A DNA stretch of 64,000 nucleotides, from contig CAVVCK010000002.1 in assembly GCA_963746775.1 (NCBI GenBank), forward strand, positions 75,571 to 139,570, read 5' to 3'. The notes beneath the pieces were generated by a model. It saw only the letters and a list, made by a program, of their open reading frames with translations. It did not search any database and had not been told where the DNA came from. This document shows, in pieces, positions 40,790 through 50,760 of the stretch. Positions within the stretch are counted from its first letter, which is position 1. Every line of letters begins with the position of its first letter. A program made the translations under genes and the position numbers. Source of the stretch: an uncultured bacterium (lineage in GTDB: Bacteria > Patescibacteriota > JABMPQ01 > CAVVCK01).

Positions 40790-41308
40790 ATGTCAGAAAT
40801 CAATGAAAATAATATTGAACTTTTAAAACAAACAATTGATCAAATTTTAAAAAGAATAGGAATTAAGGGTCAAATATTTGCCCGTATAGTTGAGCCTTTT
40901 GAAAATCAAAAAGTTTTTACTAATTCGCTTGAATCGGAAGATTTAGAAACTATTGTTTTTAATATTAAAACTGATGAAGCTAATATTTTAATTGGCCATA
41001 ATGGAGAAAACTTATTAGCTCTACAACATTTAATTAGAATTCTAGCTAGACGAAAAGATAATGAACTTATTCCTTTTAATTTAGATATTAATAATTACAG
41101 AAAAGAAAAAGGAGAAATATTACAAAGTATTGCAGAAAGTGCAGCTAAAAAAGCTCGCGAAACAGGCAAAAGAGTAATTCTTAGACCTATGCCTTCCTAC
41201 GAAAGAAGAATTGTCCACCTCTTTCTATCTAAAGAAAAAGATTTGATCACCCAAAGCGAAGGTATTGATCCAGATAGAAAAATAACAGTCACCTTATCTG
41301 TAGCTTAA
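40790..41308 (+). CDS. jag: KH/R3H RNA-binding protein (Jag/KhpB-like, no N-terminal Jag domain)
   Basis: LIGHNGENL.ALQ, ERRIVH. Confidence 0.85.
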   Translation: MSEINENNIELLKQTIDQILKRIGIKGQIFARIVEPFENQKVFTNSLESEDLETIVFNIKTDEANILIGHNGENLLALQHLIRILARRKDNELIPFNLDINNYRKEKGEILQSIAESAAKKARETGKRVILRPMPSYERRIVHLFLSKEKDLITQSEGIDPDRKITVTLSVA

Positions 41309-41311
41309 TTT

Positions 41312-41833
41312 ATGTTAATTACTTACAATAATTTAATTAATTTACCAGTTTATTATGAAGATAATAAGATTGGCATAATTTCTGATATTTTTATAAGCCC
41401 TGAAAATGGGCTTTTTATGTATTTAATTTTAAATAATAAGCAATACCTTGAAGCTGTAAATATAAAAGAAATTTTAAAAAACAAAGTTATAGTAAAAAAT
41501 AATAATTGTCTTAATAAAATTACAAAAAAATATAATAATCTCATTATCAATAATAATGTTTTTACACAATTAGGTGAAAAAATAGGAAAAGTATCAGATT
41601 TTGAAATAGATTTGATGATTAATAGACTTTCAAAATTATATGTATCAGGTGGAAATATTATTAAAAATTTGATACGTGGTGAATTAATAATCAATAAAGA
41701 TCAAATTATTTCAATTGAAAAAGAAAAAATCATTGTTGAAAACATAATTGCTAGAAAAAAACAAAAAAATAAAATATTACCAGAAAGAAATAAAGAACTG
41801 GCTGGAGCAAGTTTTTGTATAAAAATAGATTAA
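41312..41833 (+). CDS. Tandem PRC-barrel domain protein
   Basis: Two (K)IG.(I/V)SD repeats. Confidence 0.75.
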   Translation: MLITYNNLINLPVYYEDNKIGIISDIFISPENGLFMYLILNNKQYLEAVNIKEILKNKVIVKNNNCLNKITKKYNNLIINNNVFTQLGEKIGKVSDFEIDLMINRLSKLYVSGGNIIKNLIRGELIINKDQIISIEKEKIIVENIIARKKQKNKILPERNKELAGASFCIKID

Positions 41834-41845
41834 GTTGTAATCCTA

Positions 41846-41882
41846 TAAAAAGCAGACAATATCCAAAAAGTCTGTTTTTTTA
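41846..41882 (+). terminator. Intrinsic terminator
   Basis: AAAAAGCAGAC...GTCTGTTTTTT. Confidence 0.55.
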
Positions 41883-41934
41883 TTATAATAAATGATAAAA
41901 TCTTAATAATTTCCATATTAATATTTACTAACCA

Positions 41935-43353
41935 ATGTCTACTGCCCGCAACATTGCTCGTAATACTATAGTTCAATTCACCGGTAAAATAATTGGCTCT
42001 ATTTTGGCTGTTTTTACCCTGGCCATAATTTTAAGGTATTTAGGTCAGACCGGTTTTGGTAAATATACTACTATTATTACTTACACTAGTATATTTTCCA
42101 TAATGGCTGATTTGGGATTGTATTTGATCGTTACTCGTGAAATTTCCAAGCCAGGAGCTAATGAAGAAAAATTATTAAGCAATGCTTTTACTATCAAATT
42201 AACTGCCGCTATTATAATCTTAGTTCTAGCCTGTCTGGTTTCTCCCCTGCTCTATTCTGGCATTATAATATACGGTATTATCATTGCTGCTTTCTCTTTT
42301 ATTTTTGTATTACTAAATCAAGTCTTAATTGGACTTTTCCAAAAATATTTTGATATGTCCAGCGTCGCTATTGGTGAAGTGGTTGGTCGAATTATTTGGT
42401 TAATTGGCGCTTATATAATTGCCAAATTTGACATGGGTCTTTTATGGCTTTTATTTACAGTTGTTTTAAGTAATTTGGCAAATTTTTTAATCGTTTTCAT
42501 ATCAAGCCGTAAATATGTAAAAATTAAATTAGCCTACGATAAAATATTGTGGAAAAAAATTATTAAAATGACAGCACCGTTAGCTTTCTCGGTTATTTTT
42601 AATTTAATATATTTCAAAATTGCTACTATATTTTTATCAATCATGAAAGAAGAAAGCGATGTTGGCATCTACGGCGCACCTTTTAAAGTGCTAGAAAGCT
42701 TAATTGCTTTTGCCGCTATTTTTGCTGGATTATTACTGCCCCTGCTTTCTAGATATTACAAAGAAGATAAGGATAAATTTTTAAATATTTTTAAAAAAGG
42801 TATCAATGTCTTAATCATTTTTGTTATACCAATGTGTATTGGTACCATTTATTTTGCCCAGGAAATTATGGCTCTGGCTGGAGGTGATGAATTTAGAGGA
42901 TCTGCTGAAGTTCTAAAAATATTAATATTTGCTGTCGGCGCTATCTTTTTTTCTCATGTCTTTGGTAATACAGCCATCGCCTGCCATCAACAGAAAAAAA
43001 TTATGTGGATTTATATGAGCGTAGCTCTATTATCTGTTATTTTAAATTTAATTTTAATACCTAAATATTCTTATTTCGGTGCCTCAATTGCTGTAACAGC
43101 CTCTGAAATAAGCGTTGCTTTAGCCATTTTAATTTTAATTTATATAAAGGCTCATGTAGCTATTGATTTTAAAACTCTTTCTAAATCAATTGTTTCGGCC
43201 GGAGGAATGCTAGTTATTTTATATGTACTTCCACCTTGGTATTTTTTAATAAATGCATGCCTAGCTTCAGTAGTATACTTCGCCCTATTATTTTTATTAA
43301 AAGGTTTTTCCAAAGAAATGGTCTGGGAAATAATTAGTGCTAAGAAAAAATAA
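41935..43353 (+). CDS. Wzx/MurJ-like polysaccharide flippase
   Basis: RYLG..FGKY, DLGL, VGIYGAP, about 14 TMs. Confidence 0.88.
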   Translation: MSTARNIARNTIVQFTGKIIGSILAVFTLAIILRYLGQTGFGKYTTIITYTSIFSIMADLGLYLIVTREISKPGANEEKLLSNAFTIKLTAAIIILVLACLVSPLLYSGIIIYGIIIAAFSFIFVLLNQVLIGLFQKYFDMSSVAIGEVVGRIIWLIGAYIIAKFDMGLLWLLFTVVLSNLANFLIVFISSRKYVKIKLAYDKILWKKIIKMTAPLAFSVIFNLIYFKIATIFLSIMKEESDVGIYGAPFKVLESLIAFAAIFAGLLLPLLSRYYKEDKDKFLNIFKKGINVLIIFVIPMCIGTIYFAQEIMALAGGDEFRGSAEVLKILIFAVGAIFFSHVFGNTAIACHQQKKIMWIYMSVALLSVILNLILIPKYSYFGASIAVTASEISVALAILILIYIKAHVAIDFKTLSKSIVSAGGMLVILYVLPPWYFLINACLASVVYFALLFLLKGFSKEMVWEIISAKKK

Positions 43354-43377
43354 TATATTGAAAATAAATTTGTTCCT

Positions 43378-44055
43378 TCTACCCTGCTTTAGCAGAGGGT
43401 TATCGGACATAATTATTCCAAGGCTTTAGCCACGACTTTTTCAAAATAATTTTAAATAATAGTTAAGTTATGCCAGACATTCAAAAACCGCACTGGCCAG
43501 ATAATAGCATTTATTTTTTAACTGGTTCGACATTTTTGCACTATCCATATTTCAGAGAAGAGAAACAAAAGCAAATTGTTTTAAATCAAATTAAAAATGT
43601 TAAGAAAAATTTAAATATTCCTATATCAGCTTATAGTATAGCTGTAAACCATTATCACTTAAAATTTTTTTTGAAAAGAGGCTTAGAATTAGCTCGGGTA
43701 AGACAGATAATGCATGGTGGAACTTCCTTTGTTTATCACAAAGAATATAAAAAAAGACACGAAGAAATGTGGCAATCAGATTATGCAATCGTTATTACTT
43801 CAGAAGAGCTTAATATGAAAATAGCAGGATATACAAGTGGAAATTTACTTAAACATAAAGAAGTCAGCACTTTTCAGGAATTAGAAGATAATCGTTTTTC
43901 AAGTTATTGGTATTTAGTTAAAAAGTTAGGAAATCAATTTGCTCAAGAATTAGTTAGAAGTATTATTAATACAGAAGAAGACAATGATGGCAGAATCAAT
44001 AGAAAAGAACTTGGGAAGCTAAAGCTTCCCAAACCCTTGGCTAAAGCCAGGTAGA
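43378..44055. mobile_element. RAYT-like HUH nuclease with flanking REP-like hairpins
   Basis: GC-TTTA-GC hairpins at 43378-43401 and 43418-43434; GC-TAAA-GC hairpins at 44010-44033 and 44032-44055. Confidence 0.7.
43470..44054 (+). CDS. REP-associated tyrosine (Y1/HUH) transposase-like protein
   Basis: YFLT, AYSIAVNHYHL (HUH), MWQ..Y, GY..GN, FSSY. Confidence 0.75.
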   Translation: MPDIQKPHWPDNSIYFLTGSTFLHYPYFREEKQKQIVLNQIKNVKKNLNIPISAYSIAVNHYHLKFFLKRGLELARVRQIMHGGTSFVYHKEYKKRHEEMWQSDYAIVITSEELNMKIAGYTSGNLLKHKEVSTFQELEDNRFSSYWYLVKKLGNQFAQELVRSIINTEEDNDGRINRKELGKLKLPKPLAKAR

Positions 44056-44065
44056 AAAATATAAT

Positions 44066-45205
44066 ATGCCCAATATTTTAATCCTAAAATTTCCCTACAA
44101 TTCTAATCTTGGCGGAGGAGAAAAACATACTCTAACATTAGTTGAAAAACTAAAAACAAGAGGTTTTAATTTTTATTTAGCCTCATCTTGCAAAGTTTTA
44201 CTAGAAGAGTTTAATAAAAGAAAATATAACTTTAAAAAGGTTTGGCTTGGATTAGAGCCTGTATCTATTAAAGGACTTATAGTTTTTACAGCTACTCTGC
44301 CTTATACTTTTTGGCGAATGTTTTTTTTATTAGTTTATTATAAAATTAAACACAAAACACACACTCTGTATTGCCTAAATTTAACAGAAAAATTATTAGC
44401 CACCCTACCTGCCAAATTACTAGGCTATAGAATATTTTGGATGGAACATTTACGAATTGAGAAATGGCTACTGCAAAATCCCTATCGTCCATTCTACGTT
44501 TTATTATCAAATTTTGTCACTACTATTACAGTTTCTAACTCAGTTAAAAAACAATTACTTGATTTAGGTTTAAAAAAAAGTAAAGTTAAAGTTATTTACA
44601 ACGGGATTGATACAAACAATTTTAAACCCAAAGTACCAAACTCTAAGCCCTACTCCCTACCCTCTATTATTGGAACAGCAGGACGTCTAAACACCGAAAA
44701 AGGTATGAATTATTTAATTAAAGCTTTTAAAATTGTTCTAGAAAAATATCCCCATACGGAGCTGCATATTGCCGGCCAAGGTCCAGAAGAAGAAAATTTA
44801 AAAAAATTAATAAATAACTTAGCAATAGAGAATAAAGTCAAATTTTTAGGATATATTGATTATAAAAAATTATCTGATTTTTATAATAACATTGATATTT
44901 TTGCCCTAGCTCCTACTAGACGTGAATCATTCGGTATGGCTGCCGCTGAAGCCTCTGCCTGTGCAAAATCTGCAGTGGTTACTAATATTTCCGGACTTAC
45001 TGAGGTCGTAGAAAATAATAAAACTGGATTTGTTGTAGAAGCTAAAAATATAGATAAAATAGCAAAAGCTTTAATAAAATTAATTAAGAATAAAGAATTA
45101 AGAAAAGAATTTGGAAAAAATGCTAGAGAAAGAATTTTAAATAATTTTACGGAAGAAAAAATGATTAAAGAATTTGAAAAAATATTTACCTATGAAAAAC
45201 TTTAA
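44066..45205 (+). CDS. Glycosyltransferase family 4
   Basis: GGGEKH, GRLNTEKG, ESFGMAAAEA. Confidence 0.9.
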   Translation: MPNILILKFPYNSNLGGGEKHTLTLVEKLKTRGFNFYLASSCKVLLEEFNKRKYNFKKVWLGLEPVSIKGLIVFTATLPYTFWRMFFLLVYYKIKHKTHTLYCLNLTEKLLATLPAKLLGYRIFWMEHLRIEKWLLQNPYRPFYVLLSNFVTTITVSNSVKKQLLDLGLKKSKVKVIYNGIDTNNFKPKVPNSKPYSLPSIIGTAGRLNTEKGMNYLIKAFKIVLEKYPHTELHIAGQGPEEENLKKLINNLAIENKVKFLGYIDYKKLSDFYNNIDIFALAPTRRESFGMAAAEASACAKSAVVTNISGLTEVVENNKTGFVVEAKNIDKIAKALIKLIKNKELRKEFGKNARERILNNFTEEKMIKEFEKIFTYEKL

Positions 45206-46619
45206 CCTCAAAACAATATTTTTATCCTTGATATCAATTATCGCAATTGCAATAATCTCTTTATATTTTTTTAAATTAACACCCTTTTTAGTTATAGCCT
45301 TAATTATATGTTTAGGCTTATCTTTAGCTATATTTAAAAATCCATTTTTCGGAATATTGTTTATTGCTTTTCTGCTGCCTTTTGAACGCATCGGTTCTTT
45401 CGAGCTAGCCGGTATTACTGTCAGAGCTAGCCAAATATTTTCACTTATTACTTTTCTAGCTTGGATTTTTATATTTTTAATTAAAAGAAAAAACTTTAGT
45501 GCTAAAAATCCGCTTTTAATTCCTATTTTTCTATTTCTAGGAAGTTCTATTATCTCTCTAATCAATGCCCAAAATATTCAAAGAGGAATTATAGTATTAT
45601 TATTTACTATTTTTACTATTTTTATAACTTTTGTTATTCCTAATCTTGTAAAAAATAAAAATCGTTTAGAAAAAATAATTAAAGCTATTTTAGTTTCTTC
45701 TGTTTTTGTTTCCCTATTTGGTATTTATCAATTTGTCGGTGATGTTATCGGCCTGCCTAAAGAAATTACTGGTCTTCGAGAACAATACACTAAAATAGTT
45801 TTTGGATTTCCCCGCATTCATTCTGTTTCTGTCGAGCCTCTTTATTTTGCCAATTATCTGCTTATTCCTATTTCACTTCTACTCAGTTTTTTATTATCCA
45901 GAAAAAAAATAAAGCTGCCCTTTAGCATCTTTATTTCATTTTTAATTTTAATTTTAACAACGCTAAATCTATTTTTAACTCTGTCTCGAGGTGGATATTT
46001 AGCCCTAGCTTTTCTATTTCTTCTATATGGAATATTCTTTATTAAATCTATTTTATCTCCCAAAAAATTAATTATTCTTTCTTTGATTATTCTTATTGCC
46101 CTATTTTCTTCTTACGAATTTTTACTATTCACTGGCAAAAAAAATAATATAGATATTTTTATAAAACAAGCTACTACTTTTAATGATGGTGCTGGAGTAG
46201 AAGATAGATTTAATACTTACGACCAAGCAATCACTATGATCAAAGAATATCCAATTATTGGCGGTGGAATCGGCAATTTTGGACCCTACAGCGCCCGTAA
46301 TCCCAACGCCGAGCCGAAAGATGGCTGGGCTATTGTTAATAATGAATTTCTAGAAATATGGGCTGAACAAGGAATAATAGGATTATTAATATTCCTATCT
46401 TTAATATTTATAATAACGATAAGATCAATCAAGGCTATAACACGCAAAAATGTTAACCCTTACCTTAAAACAATTTTAATTGGATTGTTATTTGCTTATT
46501 TAGCTATTATGGTCCAGTATCAAACTTTCTCTACTTTATATATTTTACATATTTGGTTTTTGATTGGTTTAATTGTAGCAGTTCAAAATGTTATTCTGAA
46601 ATATAGTAGAAACTCATAG
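45192..46619 (+). CDS. O-antigen ligase/Wzy-like membrane protein
   Basis: EPLYFANY, TLSRGG, GGGIGNF, NNEFLEIWAEQGIIG; ATG 45192 preferred. Confidence 0.85.
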   Translation: MKNFNLKTIFLSLISIIAIAIISLYFFKLTPFLVIALIICLGLSLAIFKNPFFGILFIAFLLPFERIGSFELAGITVRASQIFSLITFLAWIFIFLIKRKNFSAKNPLLIPIFLFLGSSIISLINAQNIQRGIIVLLFTIFTIFITFVIPNLVKNKNRLEKIIKAILVSSVFVSLFGIYQFVGDVIGLPKEITGLREQYTKIVFGFPRIHSVSVEPLYFANYLLIPISLLLSFLLSRKKIKLPFSIFISFLILILTTLNLFLTLSRGGYLALAFLFLLYGIFFIKSILSPKKLIILSLIILIALFSSYEFLLFTGKKNNIDIFIKQATTFNDGAGVEDRFNTYDQAITMIKEYPIIGGGIGNFGPYSARNPNAEPKDGWAIVNNEFLEIWAEQGIIGLLIFLSLIFIITIRSIKAITRKNVNPYLKTILIGLLFAYLAIMVQYQTFSTLYILHIWFLIGLIVAVQNVILKYSRNS

Positions 46620-46730
46620 AAATACATAGAAATTAATTGCAGTTTATTATAATCTATAATAAAACAATGTATTTCTATATTTTTCAATTGTATCTCTATT
46701 GTGTTTCTCTATTTTTTATATCTTTACTAA

Positions 46731-48197
46731 ATGAATTTTGTTAACAATCTTATTATTAAAATTAAACGAAATAAAGTAGAGTTTTTTTTACTTTTATTAA
46801 TATTAATTATCGCTTCTATCCTGCGTTTTTATAATATTGTTGACTTCCTCCACTTTGCTAATGACGAAGCCAGAGATGCTTTCGTCGTTAAAAATATTTT
46901 CAACAAAGGCTCTATTCCTTTGCTTGGTCCAGAAACTAGTATTGGTCATTTTTATTTAGGCCCTATTTTTTATTATCTTTTAATTCCTTTTTTTCTAATT
47001 TTCAAATTCCATCCTGTCTCAGGAGCAATTCTATCTGCTATATTGGGCATAATTAGTGTTTTTTTAATGTGGAAATTAACCAGAAATATTTTTTCCAAAG
47101 AAGCAGCTTTAATTTCTTCATTTTTATATTCTATTTCATTTATAGTAATACTTCACTCTAGGTGGTCTTGGAACCCAAATTTGGTTCCCTTTTTCTTTCT
47201 ACTTTATTTATATTCTTTTTATAAACTTACAACCTTAAAAATCAATTTGAGTAAATTTTTATATTTATGGATTTTTTCCTTAGGCGTTTTGATTCAATTG
47301 CATGCTTCGGCTTTTATTTTAATTCCAGCCAATATAATTTTATTAATTTTATACCGTCCTAAAAATTTAAAATGGCCAGCTTATTTATTAAGCTTTTTAA
47401 TAATCATACTTTTGTTCATTCCTTTTATAACCTACGAGTTATCTAGTAATTTCGAGAATATTCATAAAATAATTAGTGTAATTTTCAATAATTCCGAAAA
47501 TATAAGTTTTTTTAGTAAGCTTAAATTTAATTTGGTAGGTTTTGTTGCGCTATTCAATGTTATTATTCTGGCTAATTTTTCAGGATTGAATAATAATTTT
47601 TCCTTTTTAGAAAATGTAAATATTTATAGCTTCTCTTTCCTTTCTGGCTTACTAATTTTTTTAAGTACTATTATTATCTCTATTTTCCATATATGTAAAA
47701 ATAAAATTAAATCTAATTTTTTATTTATACTATTTCTAATTTTGGTGATTTTCTTTGTCTGTTCTAAAAAAATTCTTTTTCTTCATTACTATATTATTTT
47801 CTTTCCTTTAATATTTATTTTATTTGGATTCTTATTGTCTTGGCTTTATAAAATAAATATTTTTACAAAATTAATTGCAATTTTAATCATTCTTATTATT
47901 GCAATTAGCAATCTTTTATATATTTATAATTATTTTTCAGGATTAAAAAATAATACTTGGCAAAAGTATCATAATATTCCATTTTTTCAAATAAACAAAG
48001 CAGTAAATTTCATTGTAAAAGAAGCAAAAAATGATACAATAAACTTAAATTGTGAAATAAATGATTACTGTAAATCTTTTGAATATTTATTAGATTTAAA
48101 TAATATTAAAATAAACAGTAATTCCAGCGATAAGTTTAGAATTTATCAATCATTTGAAATTGAATCTGATTTTAAACCGATCCAATTAGAACATTAA
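46731..48197 (+). CDS. ArnT/GT39-like GT-C glycosyltransferase
   Basis: LRF, DEARD, PLLGP, LGPIFYY, SRWSWNP. Confidence 0.85.
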   Translation: MNFVNNLIIKIKRNKVEFFLLLLILIIASILRFYNIVDFLHFANDEARDAFVVKNIFNKGSIPLLGPETSIGHFYLGPIFYYLLIPFFLIFKFHPVSGAILSAILGIISVFLMWKLTRNIFSKEAALISSFLYSISFIVILHSRWSWNPNLVPFFFLLYLYSFYKLTTLKINLSKFLYLWIFSLGVLIQLHASAFILIPANIILLILYRPKNLKWPAYLLSFLIIILLFIPFITYELSSNFENIHKIISVIFNNSENISFFSKLKFNLVGFVALFNVIILANFSGLNNNFSFLENVNIYSFSFLSGLLIFLSTIIISIFHICKNKIKSNFLFILFLILVIFFVCSKKILFLHYYIIFFPLIFILFGFLLSWLYKINIFTKLIAILIILIIAISNLLYIYNYFSGLKNNTWQKYHNIPFFQINKAVNFIVKEAKNDTINLNCEINDYCKSFEYLLDLNNIKINSNSSDKFRIYQSFEIESDFKPIQLEH

Positions 48198-48250
48198 AAC
48201 AAGTTTACAAATATATTTGTTTTAATGTTTCTTGTTTTTATAAAATACTT

Positions 48251-48838
48251 ATGTTAGAAACATCAGCTATTATTGCTTTACTACTCGAGTTCAAATATTT
48301 AGGAGTATTTGCCGGTGTTTTTATTGGTGGTGAAATTTTATTAACCATTATTGGTTTTATGGCCTCTTTGGGTTTTTTTAAGATACATTTTGCTATAGTT
48401 TTTGCTATTTTAGGAGTTTTAATAGGTGATATAATTTGGTACATATTGGGACATCAAGGTAGAAATCTAAAATTATCTCAGAAAATTAGAAAAAAATTAG
48501 GTGAAGAAAAAATTACAAAATTAGAAAATAAATTTAAGCATCATTCTGTAAAAACCATTCTTTTAGTACGTGTAATTTATGGACTAAGATCTGTTACCCT
48601 TTTCATGGCTGGATTCACTAAAATGCATTTTTTTAGTTTTATAACTCTTAATTTTATTGGGACGTTCATTTGGGGAATTGTTTTAATTTCTTTAGGCTAT
48701 TTCTTTGGACAAAGCATTATGCTTTTACAAAAATACATTGAAAATATTATGCTATTAATCAGTATAGCCGTATTTTTTATATTTTTAATTTTAGCCATTA
48801 TATATTTTACAAAGAAATCCTTAATTAAAAAAATATAA
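48251..48838 (+). CDS. DedA-family membrane protein
   Basis: GE....GF, GD...Y..G, R...GLR. Confidence 0.85.
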   Translation: MLETSAIIALLLEFKYLGVFAGVFIGGEILLTIIGFMASLGFFKIHFAIVFAILGVLIGDIIWYILGHQGRNLKLSQKIRKKLGEEKITKLENKFKHHSVKTILLVRVIYGLRSVTLFMAGFTKMHFFSFITLNFIGTFIWGIVLISLGYFFGQSIMLLQKYIENIMLLISIAVFFIFLILAIIYFTKKSLIKKI

Positions 48839-48842
48839 ACAA

Positions 48843-50642
48843 ATGAAAGAAAAAATTTTAAAGCATTCTAATCTTATTGCTTGTTTTATGTTGGTTTTAA
48901 TGTTTTGCCTCGGTTTATTTAGTATGTTGGGTGATTCTGGAACTACCGATGAAGTAGCTCATATACCATCTGGTTATACTTATTTAAAATACCATGATTA
49001 TAGATTAAATCCTGAACATCCTCCTTTAATTAAAATGCTTGCCGCTCTTCCTCTACAATTTCTAGATGTAACCTTTCCTACCGAAGAATTAGCCTGGCAA
49101 GAGGGTAATCAATGGGAATCTGGTTGGAAATTTATATATCATCCAGATAACAATGCTGATCAAATATTTTTTTGGGCAAGATTACCCATTTTATTATTAT
49201 CAATTTTATTAGGAATTTATATTTATAGATGGACAAAAGAAGTCTTCAATAAAAAAGTTGCTCTAATTGCTCTATTTCTATTTACCCTATCTCCTAATAT
49301 TATTGCCCATAGTCGTTTAGTTACCACCGATTTGGGAGTAACAGCTACTTTTTTTATCGCCATGTATTATTTCTATAAATTTATCAAAAAACCATCTTGG
49401 AAATATATTATCATATCAGGCATAACATTAGGTATCGCTCAGTTAGTTAAATTTTCTAACATATTGCTTTTAGCATATTTGATTATATTAATTATAGTAC
49501 TTGTTTTATTTTACAATAAAAAAATTGAATTTAATTTTCTGGGTGCCCTAAAAATAAAGCGTGAATGGCTAAAAAGGTTATACGTATTTTTCGGATCCTT
49601 CATAATTATGTGCTTAATTTGTTTTATATTAGTTGAAATAGTTTATGCTCTAGTTATTTTTAATACTCCCCAAGATCTGTTACACACTATTATAAATGGC
49701 TCTATTACCAATGTAGAATTAAATCCAGCCAAAGATATATTACATACCATGATTGATAACCCCGTTTTAAAACCTATAGGATATTATCTCTTAGGACTAA
49801 TGATGGTTTTTGTTAGAGTGGGTGGTGGCAATACAACTTATTTCTTAGGAGAAACTACCAATCAATCATTCTGGTATTTTTATCCAATCTCTTTTCTAAT
49901 TAAAACACCTATTACTACATTAATATTATTTATTCTCTCTATAATTGGTGCATTTAAATTTGCTGTAGCAAAAGCTATCAATCATGATAATGTTTCTTTC
50001 CTTAGAAAATTTTGGCGCACTATAAAAAATTATATTAATGATAATCTTTTAGAATTTATTGCTATTTCTGTTATTGCTATGTTTTTCTTTGTTGGAATTA
50101 AAGGTAATCTAAATATAGGCATGCGCCATATTCTCCCTCTATACCCTTTTCTTTTTATTTTGTGTGCTAAATATTTTGCAAAATTATTTGGCAAAACTAA
50201 TATTGCTTTAAAAGTTTTTGGCGTACTACTTCTTGTCTGGTATGCTTTTTCAAATTTTATAACCTATCCTTCCTATCTTGCCTATTTTAATGAATTTGCT
50301 GGTGGAGTAAAGAATGGTTATAGATATACAACCGATTCTAATGTCGATTGGGGACAAGATTTAAAAAGATTAGCCAAATTTGTAGATAAAAATAACATCG
50401 ATCATATTACTATTGATTATTTTGGCGGCAGCGTTCCTAAATACTACATAGATGAAAGTAAAATTACTCTTTGGCACTCAAGTTTAGGTAAGCCGCACGG
50501 TTGGTTTGCTGTTTCAGCTACTTATTATCAGAACAGCCAATGGTATGCCAAAACAGAAGGACAGCTGGATTATACCTGGTTAAATGATATTAAACCCGTG
50601 GAGATTATTGGAGGATCAATATTGGTGTATAATTTGAAATAA
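48843..50642 (+). CDS. GT39/PMT-like GT-C glycosyltransferase
   Basis: TTDEVAHI, NPEHPPL, TTDL, DSNVDWGQDL. Confidence 0.85.
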   Translation: MKEKILKHSNLIACFMLVLMFCLGLFSMLGDSGTTDEVAHIPSGYTYLKYHDYRLNPEHPPLIKMLAALPLQFLDVTFPTEELAWQEGNQWESGWKFIYHPDNNADQIFFWARLPILLLSILLGIYIYRWTKEVFNKKVALIALFLFTLSPNIIAHSRLVTTDLGVTATFFIAMYYFYKFIKKPSWKYIIISGITLGIAQLVKFSNILLLAYLIILIIVLVLFYNKKIEFNFLGALKIKREWLKRLYVFFGSFIIMCLICFILVEIVYALVIFNTPQDLLHTIINGSITNVELNPAKDILHTMIDNPVLKPIGYYLLGLMMVFVRVGGGNTTYFLGETTNQSFWYFYPISFLIKTPITTLILFILSIIGAFKFAVAKAINHDNVSFLRKFWRTIKNYINDNLLEFIAISVIAMFFFVGIKGNLNIGMRHILPLYPFLFILCAKYFAKLFGKTNIALKVFGVLLLVWYAFSNFITYPSYLAYFNEFAGGVKNGYRYTTDSNVDWGQDLKRLAKFVDKNNIDHITIDYFGGSVPKYYIDESKITLWHSSLGKPHGWFAVSATYYQNSQWYAKTEGQLDYTWLNDIKPVEIIGGSILVYNLK

Positions 50643-50760
50643 TGCCTTTAAATTTCAGTTTAATTTCCAATAAAATGTTCTAAGTTTGCTTATTTATCAT
50701 TAGGCATTTGAAATTTTATTAGTAGTTAGAAATTGGTAATTAGGAATTTAACTATAATTT

